From the sequence record DRR723986_6745: 64,000 nt of DNA; one strand, given 5' to 3'. Under the pieces are notes generated by a model. It was not told where the DNA came from. It saw nothing but the letters and a program-made list of their open reading frames with translations, and made no database searches. Every line of letters begins with the position of its first letter. Position 1 is the first letter of the stretch. Positions 1-9,191 of this stretch are shown here, one piece after another. The translations under genes and the position numbers were made by a program.

Positions 1-1
1 G

Positions 2-199
2 CCTGCAGGCTCGGTCTTCATCTTTAATTCCCACGTATGGCATGGGGGCACCATGAATGAGACAGAAAATGTAAGAAGGAGCATTCACAGTTATTTCTGC
101 AGTAGAGAGCAACCTCAGCAAATCGATCAAAAGAGGTACATCACTGAGGAGACTTTACAGAGGATTGGCCATATGGGAAGGTGGACTTTGGATGTTTGA
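2..199 (+). CDS. 3' end of a phytanoyl-CoA dioxygenase (PhyH)-family 2OG-Fe(II) oxygenase (runs off window start)
   Basis: Frame 2 translates PAGSVFIFNSHVWHGGTMNETENVRRSIHSYF...DV*, matching the PhyH C-terminal 'aGs.l.f....wHgg..N.t...Rr' pattern. Not in the ORF track. Confidence 0.75.
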   Translation, partial: PAGSVFIFNSHVWHGGTMNETENVRRSIHSYFCSREQPQQIDQKRYITEETLQRIGHMGRWTLDV

Positions 200-268
200 G
201 AATAGCTGAGATGGTCAATAAAACAAGTCATTCTTAAATCAGTTTCTCAACCTTAAACAGGAAATTAA

Positions 269-1459
269 CTATTGCCTCTCTATATACATCACAGCCGAGT
301 CTTCTACGTATTTGGCAGGATTGAAGCTGGAGTAGAATTTGTTTCTAAGGTTATTAAGGGGGCTATTCATCGCCATTATTTTAGAGGTAAATTCTAAAGG
401 GAATTTTGCTGGGTCAGAATAATTCTTCAAGAGAGTATCGTATTGATCAATATTAGCCAGCATTCTCGTAGTGAGCTGACCAAATCTAAGTCGTAACGAC
501 TGGACTTTATACATGTAAGTTTCTACCTGACCGAGCCATTTTCCTTTAGTGTCAGGTGATTTATCCAAATATGAGATCTTATCTGAAATTGATTTTCTAC
601 ACTCATTCTTGAATTGCTCTCTCTCAGAGTCAAGTGTGGCTTTTAGATATCTACTTTCAAAACGCTGTTTATCAATGCCAAAATAGTTCATTTGCTCATT
701 TAGCAACAGCGCATTTTCCTTCTGAAGTTGCTCTAGTTCCTGATTGATTAGATTCCATTCATGATCTATTATTGACTTTTGCTGCTCAAATTGACTGGAG
801 ATAGTCAATATTCTAAGCATTTCTGGAGTCTTATCGTATAGGTCTTTTTCCTTTTTACCTAGCGTTCCGATAAGACTGGTGACTCCGGAAATTGCGGTGT
901 TCACCATTGTTCCATATAAGGGCACGGTAGAAGATGCCGTGGAAATCAATGAAAGTGAATTTTGAAGTAAACCAGACATGGCATCTGATTTACCATCTTT
1001 CTCATACCATTTATCAAACTCAGTTTTCCAAGTCGTAAAGGACTTGTATTGTTGGATTTTGCCAATGCTTCCCAACTGATCAAAAAATGACTGTGAGGTA
1101 AGAAATAGCTCTAGAGGCTGTATGTCCCGTTGGATGCTCAGCAATTCTGTGAAAGCGAGCTGTCCGTTAAGATTTATCTTGGTTTTAGGAGCTTCTTCCA
1201 GGATTTTTAACCTTGTATCTAGCGCGAATTGGAGTTTTTCCATATCCTCAATTTTTTCCTTATCCGAAGCTGTTTTGTTGTCAGTGGCTGCGAGCTTTTC
1301 AGTGAGTCGATTGACAATCTCTTCGTTGTTTTTCAGCTTTTCATTGAGCTCCTTCAGTTGATTATCACGATCCGTTTTGATTTGCTCGGTTATTTCTGTC
1401 TGAGCTTGCGCAAATGCGGTTGTAATCAGAAATAGGAAGAGAAAGAGAGATGTTTTCAT
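269..1459 (-). CDS. Secreted coiled-coil hypothetical protein
   Basis: 396-aa ORF with a Sec signal peptide (MKTSLFLFLFLITTAFAQA) and long heptad-rich helices. Confidence 0.8.
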   Translation of the reverse strand: MKTSLFLFLFLITTAFAQAQTEITEQIKTDRDNQLKELNEKLKNNEEIVNRLTEKLAATDNKTASDKEKIEDMEKLQFALDTRLKILEEAPKTKINLNGQLAFTELLSIQRDIQPLELFLTSQSFFDQLGSIGKIQQYKSFTTWKTEFDKWYEKDGKSDAMSGLLQNSLSLISTASSTVPLYGTMVNTAISGVTSLIGTLGKKEKDLYDKTPEMLRILTISSQFEQQKSIIDHEWNLINQELEQLQKENALLLNEQMNYFGIDKQRFESRYLKATLDSEREQFKNECRKSISDKISYLDKSPDTKGKWLGQVETYMYKVQSLRLRFGQLTTRMLANIDQYDTLLKNYSDPAKFPLEFTSKIMAMNSPLNNLRNKFYSSFNPAKYVEDSAVMYIERQ

Positions 1460-1625
1460 GTTTTTCTCAATATTAGAATAGAAAAGGGTGCTGTAGTTTT
1501 TTGCAAATTTCTCTTAGCTAAATCTAAGCCAATTTAGACGCCTCAATGCTTATGCGTAAAACGGGAATTTACAAGCCAACTGAAGATAGGTTTCCATTGG
1601 AAATCAGGCCCCTGAAAAGTAATTC

Positions 1626-1886
1626 TTAGAAGCTCTTGTAAGCAAATAGGGCTGCAGCGAGATCTTCGTTTGCTAATCCAGCAGATTTGAAAAGGGTGAT
1701 TTCTTCTCTTGAGCTTCTACCTGGGTGAATTCCTTTTACTAATTCGACAATATCCGCTTTCACATCAACTTCCGTGATGGTTCCCTCCGCAATAGGTATA
1801 GCAAGTTCACCTGTTTCATAAAGCGCCCCAGCTCGGAAATCCACAAAGATGCTGCTCTTTCGAATGGCATCATTTCGGATAATCAT
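1626..1886 (-). pseudogene. 5'-truncated ornithine cyclodeaminase/mu-crystallin family remnant
   Basis: Only the C-terminal ~85 aa are present (IFVD..GA..E.GEL; GR.S.EEITLFKSAGLA.EDLAAA). Family members are ~310-330 aa, and the kinase gene ends 8 bp upstream. Confidence 0.8.
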
Positions 1887-1894
1887 AAAATCTA

Positions 1895-2968
1895 TTAACT
1901 AATCGGTTTATTTAGTGGTATGCTGAAGAAAAAGTTAGAGCCGTTGTTTTTAGAACTTTTTACACCAATTTGCCCCTGATGTAACCTGATAATCTGTCTG
2001 GAAATCGCCAAGCCTAATCCGGTACTTTCTTCACCTTCAGTTGGTCTGGAGCTTGTTTTTTGGAAATAGTTAAAAAGGTTTTGCTGCTCTGGCTCTGAAA
2101 TCCCAATTCCATTATCTATAACTTCCGTGAGTACTTCGTGTGTTTTGGTTACAGAGACCTTTACTAAAACTGCCGTATTTCTATTAGAGTACTTAACTGC
2201 GTTAGATAAAAAATTGCCAATTACTTCACTCAAATAATGTTCGTCAAAATCTGAAATTAGCTGATCTTTCTCCACCTCAAGTGAGATATCAATGTCCTTG
2301 TTTTTTGCCAAAATTTGATTGATATGAACCTGATTCGTGATAAACGAAATATAGTCCTGCGTCTTGTAAGTTAGTGAGAGTTGACCAGCTTCAATTTTTG
2401 AGACATCCAGTAAGTTTCTAACCACTGTGATGCTATTGCTACTCGTTGTTTTGATAATATTCAGGATCTCTGTTACTTCAGGATTGAACTCTTCCTTATA
2501 ATCATCAATTAAAATTTCAGAAAAGGCATGAATGATGCCTAGCGGACCTTTTATGTCGTGCGCAGCTATTCCAATAAACTTATTTTTTTCATTATTGATG
2601 GCTTTCAAATGGCCATTTAACGACTTAAGTTTCTGTTCATTTGCCTTCAGGTAATATAACAGTAAGCCTACCGAAATAAAGAATGCAAGTCGTACTACGG
2701 CGTTCCAAACTGGAAAGAAAAGTAAGGTGTATTCTCTGGTAAGGTATTCGGAAACAAACCATTCAATTGATGCCAAGGTAGAGCAAAAGATAATTGCTGA
2801 CACATTTGCCTTAGGAGAAATGGATAATGCAGCTATTGGAAGAAGGTAAAAAAATGAAAAGCCAAATTCATCTCCTGTTATAAAATCTATATAACCAATG
2901 AATAGAATTTTTAGGATTGCTACTGGTAGACTGATGTATTTATTTTTGATTTTATCTATTAAACTCAT
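1895..2968 (-). CDS. Membrane-bound sensor histidine kinase (HisKA + HATPase_c), no adjacent response regulator
   Basis: H-box AAHDIKGPL, N-box NFLSNAVKYS, DNGIGI, GLGLAI; N-terminal TM helices. Confidence 0.9.
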   Translation of the reverse strand: MSLIDKIKNKYISLPVAILKILFIGYIDFITGDEFGFSFFYLLPIAALSISPKANVSAIIFCSTLASIEWFVSEYLTREYTLLFFPVWNAVVRLAFFISVGLLLYYLKANEQKLKSLNGHLKAINNEKNKFIGIAAHDIKGPLGIIHAFSEILIDDYKEEFNPEVTEILNIIKTTSSNSITVVRNLLDVSKIEAGQLSLTYKTQDYISFITNQVHINQILAKNKDIDISLEVEKDQLISDFDEHYLSEVIGNFLSNAVKYSNRNTAVLVKVSVTKTHEVLTEVIDNGIGISEPEQQNLFNYFQKTSSRPTEGEESTGLGLAISRQIIRLHQGQIGVKSSKNNGSNFFFSIPLNKPIS

Positions 2969-3548
2969 TTTATTTTTTTTCAAAAGTCTACCCTAAAAAG
3001 TAGATTTAAGCTTACCGTAATAACTAAGGGCGTTTTCTGTACCATGTTATGGGAGATCAATTAGTTGAGTCAGTTCAACTTCCTAATTCTCTCTGATTTA
3101 GCGCGGACGAATATCTTCAGATAACTTCCAATTGCAATACCTTTTATTATGTTTTTTACTGGAAAATTCCTTTGTTCTCATCAAGGAGCCTCAGGATTAA
3201 AAAATCGGATTAAACTTAATAATTGGCAAAAATCTAAGTAAGTAAATATGTATAGCCGCATTTGTGCCAGTATGGGGTCTAAAGCAAAAAGGATATCTAA
3301 AACTTAAGAATTGAGGCCGCTTTGGTCATGAGGCATCGGTCTTCCTGCCAGAAAAGCAAAGAATCGAAAGTGACTGGCATCTTTGAGAATAATCATATAA
3401 GTAAATCATTGCACTTTCATGAGGCCATCGAACAGCCTTCTCTTTCTAAGAACAAGCTGAACACACCCAGACAGACAGATAAATTTCAAATCAAGTTTGC
3501 AGTTTTGGAGTCAGTTTTTGAAATAGTATTGTAGCTTAAAGAAAAAAG

Positions 3549-4343
3549 TTGAAAAACACCTACCCTTTCGACCCATTCATCAAACATCACCTGATTATCG
3601 CTCTAGGTCTGGCAATCTGGATATTTATTTTCTTGTTTTTCACAGAGCCCCTTGACGTAGGACAGCTTCCTGATGTCGATAAACTGAAGTTTCTGCCGAT
3701 TTATGGGTTGTTCGGGGCGGTAGGGTATTTACTTTGTCTTCCTATTCAATCATGGCTAGCCAGAAAAGAAGGGAGGTGGCATCTTCGCTCAGAGCTAATT
3801 TTTATGGTCACGTTGATTTTGATCGGGTTTGTTACTACATGGTTGGTTTATTTTTATATCGTGATGGATGCAAATCCTTACGCCTACACCATTGACTATT
3901 TTGCGAAAGCTATCTATCTGCCGGCAGCATTGACAGTATTTCCAATTCTGGCAATCGGTCGCTGGTCATTTGGGAAATACAAAGAGAAACAACTGGAAAA
4001 GGATAAAATAGAGATTCGTGGAGTGGGCAATTTTGAAGGACTGCGACTGCAAAGGGAGGATTTGATTTACATACAATCTTCCGATAATTACATAGAGGTT
4101 TTTTTCAAAGAGGGAGAAAATTTAAAAACACAATTGATCCGGAATAAACTTTCTACCATAGAGGAACAACTCCCAGAACTGATCCGAACGCATCGCTCTT
4201 TTTTGATCAATCCAGCTCATTTTAATCAATGGAAAACTGGCAATAGGAAATTGTTTATCCGGCTAAGTGAAGGGATAGAAGTGCCTGTCTCCAAGACTTA
4301 CTTGGAGTCCTTGAAAGCTGCGGTAAATTTCACCACAGAATAG
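3549..4343 (+). CDS. Membrane-anchored LytTR-family DNA-binding regulator
   Basis: Four TM segments followed by a LytTR domain (LIYIQSSDNYIEV...LIRTHRSFLIN...VPVSKTY). Confidence 0.9.
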   Translation: MKNTYPFDPFIKHHLIIALGLAIWIFIFLFFTEPLDVGQLPDVDKLKFLPIYGLFGAVGYLLCLPIQSWLARKEGRWHLRSELIFMVTLILIGFVTTWLVYFYIVMDANPYAYTIDYFAKAIYLPAALTVFPILAIGRWSFGKYKEKQLEKDKIEIRGVGNFEGLRLQREDLIYIQSSDNYIEVFFKEGENLKTQLIRNKLSTIEEQLPELIRTHRSFLINPAHFNQWKTGNRKLFIRLSEGIEVPVSKTYLESLKAAVNFTTE

Positions 4344-4358
4344 CGCACTTTCGCCACA
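4328..4358 (+). promoter_or_regulatory. Putative LytTR binding site (direct repeat, 21-bp period)
   Basis: TTTCACCACA (4328-4337) and TTTCGCCACA (4349-4358), upstream of a TATGTTTG -7 box (4397-4404) for the S41 peptidase gene. Confidence 0.65.
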
Positions 4359-4432
4359 ATCCCTGTTTATTGTCTTCAGAGGTAGATTTGAGTTTGTATG
4401 TTTGAATCAGTCAAACACATAATTCAATCTCT

Positions 4433-5677
4433 ATGAAAAAGGTATTCATCTTAATGTTGCTGCTTAATTTCAACTTAAAGTTGGCAGCACAACCCAATTG
4501 CGATTGCGCATCCGAACTGGATTTTGTATATGAGCAAGTCCAGACAACCGCTTCATTCAAGGACCAGATCAGAGGTGAGAAGAAGGCGAAATTCGAGGAG
4601 AATTACTTAAGCTTAAGAGCTCAGATGAATGAGGAGCTGAGTAAATTGGATTGCTTTTGGGCACTGAATCAACTGATGTACATGGTGCAGGATAAGCATG
4701 TTGCGCTCACTGAGAATCCCTTGGGGCTATCTGAGAAAAGTCTTCAGGATTCTAGTTTCTTAGCAGGATATAGAGACAGTCATGCGTTTAAAAATTTCCC
4801 TAAGACCGACAGAAATGTGGCCAATTTGGCAAAAAGTCTGGAAGGGAAAAGACTGGATGAGGTAGAAGGAATTTATAAAATTGGCAGCAAGCTAAAGATG
4901 GGAGTGTATCGCGTTACTCCAGACAGTTTGGTGGGGGTGATTCTATCATCGCAAGTTGAAATCTGGGAGCCGGGTCAAATCTTCGCTTACCTCAAGCACT
5001 CCAACATCGAGTCACATTACGACATCATCCACTATGGAACGAGCCAGAAAAACCTCAAATTCTCAAAAGCTCAATTCTTTGACCATGGGATGCTATTCCC
5101 TTCTGTGTTGAAGGAAGACCTTGAAAGCAACTATGCATGGATAGATAAGCCGGAGGAGGAAGCATATCAACTTTCCCACTTGACGGATGATGTTCAGTAC
5201 GTTTGGCTTAATAGTTTTAACCGAGTAACCAAGCCAGCAGAACGGGATGCGCTTATCGCAGAGATTCCGAGAGGCCTTACCGCAAAGAATCTGATCATTG
5301 ATCTCAGAAACAATGGGGGTGGAGCGGACAAAATTTCGCTTCCAATACTTAAGGAACTGAAAAAGAAGAAGGTTAACATCTATGTGCTCACCAATTTTTT
5401 TACTGGATCCAATGCTGAAATGACTACCGTACGTCTGAAGGATGATTTTGATGCCATTCAACTCGGTCAGAGGACTTATGGCGCCATTAGCTACGGGTCA
5501 AATTATGGTAAAAGCTATAATTCGCCTTCTGGTCTTTTTAATTTTTATCCTACCGATATGCGTCAGCGAGAATTTATCGCCTATGAAGAGGTGGGAGTGC
5601 AGCCGGACGTTAAGCTGAATCAGGAATCGGATTGGGTGAGGCAGACGGTAGCATACATCCAGTCGATAAATGACTAA
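4433..5677 (+). CDS. S41-family peptidase, secreted
   Basis: Signal peptide; LIIDLRNNGGG, TGSNAE and GQRTYG motifs; GVQPDV C-terminus. Confidence 0.9.
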   Translation: MKKVFILMLLLNFNLKLAAQPNCDCASELDFVYEQVQTTASFKDQIRGEKKAKFEENYLSLRAQMNEELSKLDCFWALNQLMYMVQDKHVALTENPLGLSEKSLQDSSFLAGYRDSHAFKNFPKTDRNVANLAKSLEGKRLDEVEGIYKIGSKLKMGVYRVTPDSLVGVILSSQVEIWEPGQIFAYLKHSNIESHYDIIHYGTSQKNLKFSKAQFFDHGMLFPSVLKEDLESNYAWIDKPEEEAYQLSHLTDDVQYVWLNSFNRVTKPAERDALIAEIPRGLTAKNLIIDLRNNGGGADKISLPILKELKKKKVNIYVLTNFFTGSNAEMTTVRLKDDFDAIQLGQRTYGAISYGSNYGKSYNSPSGLFNFYPTDMRQREFIAYEEVGVQPDVKLNQESDWVRQTVAYIQSIND

Positions 5678-5738
5678 GCGCCAATTGATTATCATAAGTG
5701 AAAAAGGGTTGAAGTGTTTGACGACGAGTTAATCCTAG

Positions 5739-5767
5739 AAAAGGCTGTCCTTCGGGACGGTCTTTTT
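5739..5767 (+). terminator. Intrinsic terminator after the S41 gene
   Basis: AAAGGCTGTCC-TTCG-GGACGGTCTTTTT hairpin plus T-run. Confidence 0.8.
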
Positions 5768-6004
5768 GCTCTTTCGTTGATTCCAGTTAAAAAACAGAAC
5801 ATGCGAAAACGTAAGGACTTTACACCTACAAGTTGAACGTGGACCAGGACTAGTTGTAGATTATAACTACAGCTTTATTTCTTTCCGAATTTGTAAATCG
5901 TTTGATTCGAATTATTTTCTTTAGATGGGTGTAGTTGCAAAATCATCCATTGTTATCACTATCTGACTACACCCAGAAGGGGCGATGAAGGCTGTAAAGT
6001 GGTT

Positions 6005-6147
6005 CTTACTTCAATATTCGACCTTCATCATTCATCATTCGATATTTCATACTTCTCACTTCGTACCTCGTATTTCAAATTACCCTGACCCTCGAAATTC
6101 GTCAATCGTATTTCAAAAATCCCACCTACAACCTCCAAACTTCCCCC
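6005..6147. repeat. Degenerate 7-nt-periodic array downstream of the TIR gene
   Basis: Units such as ATTCATC ATTCGAT ATTTCAT ACTTCTC ACTTCGT ACCTCGT ATTTCAA. Confidence 0.7.
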
Positions 6148-6176
6148 TCACCCAATATACTCTCTCAATTCTCCTT

Positions 6177-7058
6177 CTATCCCCACAGGAAAGCCTTTTT
6201 CTCTTCTACGCCCACGTAGACCAAACAGCTGGAAGGAGTGCTTTCAAAGATGCCTTTGAACTTTGCGAGCCATAATTCTAAGTGGGCTTTCAGTTCTTTG
6301 AGCCTAGGGATATCAGAAAGGAGCGCTCGGTTTTGCTTGAGTAGATCCAAAGCAGATTGATTGTATTCCGCTAAAACATTGGAGGTGTAAGCCCGAATCG
6401 TACGATGAAGAATGAGTTCATCTGCTGTCATCTGATCAAAATACTCATGAAAAAATTCCTCGTATTGAAGGCGCTTGGTATTTGGTATTCGGTTTTTGAG
6501 CTTTTGGGCAAGTTTATTTCGGAGTTTCACCTGAGCTTGGAAAGTAGTCCAGGCAGTATCCAGAATTTCCAATAAACTTTCAGCGACTTCTTTAGATAAA
6601 AGACCTGTATACTTCTGAGAGGGTGCTTCTGATCCTGGAAACTCAGCCTTACTCCAATCAAATGGGGTTTCTTTGGCCACAGCATCCAAGATCAATCGCT
6701 TGGAAGTTTCCTGATCCTTGCCCACCACATCCACATAGACGATAGATCGCAGCATTTTTGGTACTTCGCCAGGTTTCACCTTGATAGGAATAATGGCCCG
6801 GTTTACGCCAGTTGGGTCGGATTGAAATGCCGCGCCCCACTCGGGCATAGTGAAAATAGATGCAAAATAGGCAGCAGAATATACGGCTATCGTTTTATTG
6901 GCTTCTGTAGCTTTGAGCATTTCAAACACGAAATTGGAACCCGGCCGAAAGTCCTTTGCCTGCAAAACAGTGGTGTAGCCAGCCTCTTCGAGGATTTTGC
7001 TGATCCAAATAGCCCACTGAACATCATTTGCAGTATAGCTTATGAAAAAATCTTTCAT
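6177..7058 (-). CDS. TIR-domain (TIR_2) protein with an uncharacterised helical C-terminal domain
   Basis: N-terminus DFFISY...WI...LEEAGY...DFRPGSNF...S..Y..S.FTMPEW retains the Glu at the TIR catalytic position. The true end may be 6148 (see findings). Confidence 0.9.
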   Translation of the reverse strand: MKDFFISYTANDVQWAIWISKILEEAGYTTVLQAKDFRPGSNFVFEMLKATEANKTIAVYSAAYFASIFTMPEWGAAFQSDPTGVNRAIIPIKVKPGEVPKMLRSIVYVDVVGKDQETSKRLILDAVAKETPFDWSKAEFPGSEAPSQKYTGLLSKEVAESLLEILDTAWTTFQAQVKLRNKLAQKLKNRIPNTKRLQYEEFFHEYFDQMTADELILHRTIRAYTSNVLAEYNQSALDLLKQNRALLSDIPRLKELKAHLELWLAKFKGIFESTPSSCLVYVGVEEKKAFLWG

Positions 7059-7262
7059 GGTCTGTTAGTTAAAAGTCTGACATTCTGTTAATTGCCTTTG
7101 CGAGCATTTGAATAAATATAGGAATTTAAGGTTTGAGTTTTTTAGGGTTGTGCGATTCAAAGTTTAGCGTAGTAAAAATGGAGTTGCTATATAAAGGCAA
7201 GACTAAGTAGCAATTACCGTCAAATAAAAACCTACTTTTGCGGCCGCAAAGAAAAAACACGA

Positions 7263-7712
7263 ATGAAACGCATCAACGAATACAAGAAGCTCTTTGGAGT
7301 AGAAAAAGAAATCAATTTGGCAACTCTTAAGAAGACTTACCGCAACTTGGTGAAGGAGTGGCATCCTGACAAATTCCAAGATGGCGATGCGATGAAAGTG
7401 GAGGCGGAGCTTCAAAGTAGAAGGATTATAGATGGGTATCATTTTTTAGTGAGTATTGCTCCAGAGACCCATACAGCTAACTTAGATGCATACACAGAGA
7501 CGATCAATGTTGCGGGAATTGCTGATTATCATCACAAGGGTATGGTATTGGAAATCACGTTTGTGGATGGGAATACCTACGAATACTTTGGTGTGACGCC
7601 ACAGGTTTTTCAAAAAATGATCAATAGCGACAAAATCAACCGCTTTGCCAAGCGTGCTATCTACCCAAATTATACCTACAGAAAGTCTAAGAAGAGCTCG
7701 GAGCAGGAGTAG
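7263..7712 (+). CDS. J-domain + KTSC-domain protein
   Basis: LKKTYRNLVKEWHPDKF (HPD motif), then KTSC-like LEITF.DG.TYEYFGV...FQKM. A TACTTTTG -7 box lies at 7233-7240. Confidence 0.85.
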   Translation: MKRINEYKKLFGVEKEINLATLKKTYRNLVKEWHPDKFQDGDAMKVEAELQSRRIIDGYHFLVSIAPETHTANLDAYTETINVAGIADYHHKGMVLEITFVDGNTYEYFGVTPQVFQKMINSDKINRFAKRAIYPNYTYRKSKKSSEQE

Positions 7713-7906
7713 GAATTGTGAGTTGTTGGTAGTAAGGGTGCAAAATGGGGAGAAGGAGGTTGGAAAGTAGTAGATAGAAGATTTGAAGTTGGATGTTATT
7801 GATTCAGTCCTAAAGTGCCTTTAGATGGGTATAGATTTAGAAGGCGCATCGATCTCCTTTGTATTGTATAATTGGCAGAAAGTTTAGAAAGTGGGTCCAG
7901 CTTTTT

Positions 7907-8638
7907 TTACTTCAAATAATCAATCAAGAAGCCAATCACTACTACTGTTATTGAAAAAGTTAAGAAGCCAAGGAGGTAGGCGAAAAATGCTTTTAAATAG
8001 TTGAAGATCTTCTTTTTATCGAAGAATTGTCCTATGGCCCAAGCAATGTATACTATTCCTATTAACATGCCTTTGTCGATTATTCTTAGACCGCTTAGAC
8101 CATCAATTATTCCAAAAAAGGCAAAGAAGAGCATTCCCATTCCCATTGTAAAACAGAGCAGAATGAGGATTTCAAAATAGTTGTAACCGTATTTTCTAAA
8201 GAAAATCTTGATCCATAGCGCGATAAATAAGGCCATGACAATATTGGCGTAACCGTAGTTATTTGACACCCACTCAAAGATCTGTGAATTGGTAGAATCG
8301 TCCGCCTGTGAATAGTTCACATACCCATCTTCAAAATTTAATAACTGTTGGAACAGGGTGTAGATCAAGGAACAGACTATTATAAAGACAATAGGTTTTA
8401 CGATTCGGTTTCTATCCTCCAGGATAAATTCCTGAACTGTTTTACCCGGTCGTAAGAGCAGTTCTTTAATTGTATATAAAATACCTTTATCAAAATTGAG
8501 AACACTTCCGATCTCATTGAACACGTATTTTCTATCAATCCTTTTTAGCTCTACAGGTGCGCCACAGTAAAAACAATAACTACCACTTAGCTTGGTTTCG
8601 CACTTTTTGCAATACCCTAGACTATTTTGATCCTGCAT
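7907..8638 (-). CDS. DUF3667-type membrane protein with N-terminal Zn ribbon
   Basis: CKKC...YCFYCG followed by FDKGILYTIKELLLRPG...R..IVKP and multiple TM helices. Confidence 0.8.
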   Translation of the reverse strand: MQDQNSLGYCKKCETKLSGSYCFYCGAPVELKRIDRKYVFNEIGSVLNFDKGILYTIKELLLRPGKTVQEFILEDRNRIVKPIVFIIVCSLIYTLFQQLLNFEDGYVNYSQADDSTNSQIFEWVSNNYGYANIVMALFIALWIKIFFRKYGYNYFEILILLCFTMGMGMLFFAFFGIIDGLSGLRIIDKGMLIGIVYIAWAIGQFFDKKKIFNYLKAFFAYLLGFLTFSITVVVIGFLIDYLK

Positions 8639-9191
8639 GCAGTTTTGTCTTAAACTATATAAATGATTGATACTTCCAGTTCCCTAAAATATATAAATAG
8701 TGGTTCAAATAAAATCTCTTTGGGGGGTATAAGGTTGGGAAGTAGCGAGTTGTTGGATGTTAAGCGGGGAGAAGGTTCCATGTCCTTAAGCTGAATTTCC
8801 TGCTTTAATTTCTCAGTCTTTAGCTTTTGAAATTGAGCTTGAGTATTCTTAAGTTCCTTGCCCTTTTTCTGAATCACCTTTGTGGAGGCGGATTTGATCA
8901 ATTTTTCCTTCTTGTTGTACCTTTCAATAATTCAGCTAGGTGGTCAATATCAACAGCAGCAAATAGACAAAGAAGCTGCTTTCAATCGGAAGCAGCTTAT
9001 TTGAATTTTAATTGCCAGGTAAACGAATCGGTATAGTGGGTACCGGGAAAGTTCATGGGATAGTTCAAGATATTTGAAAAAATGGAATCCTTTTAACAGA
9101 AAGGTCGTTTTAACATTGCGATGATTTGCTTGCTTGCTAAGCGGTAGCAGATAGGAAAATCATTATTTTTGCAGCACCTAATCACCACTAC

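Noticed and set aside
3322-3534. 70-aa ORF upstream of the LytTR gene
   Set aside because: TTG start, no motif, no supporting context.
5985-6275. 96-aa ORF (FIIHHSIFHTSHF...)
   Set aside because: Translation artefact of the heptamer array, antisense to the TIR gene end.
8650-9050. 83-aa ORF with KLKTEKLKQEIQLKD resembling the coiled coil of Bacteroidota LuxR-type regulators
   Set aside because: Similarity is short and low-complexity; it may be a decayed fragment but cannot be supported.
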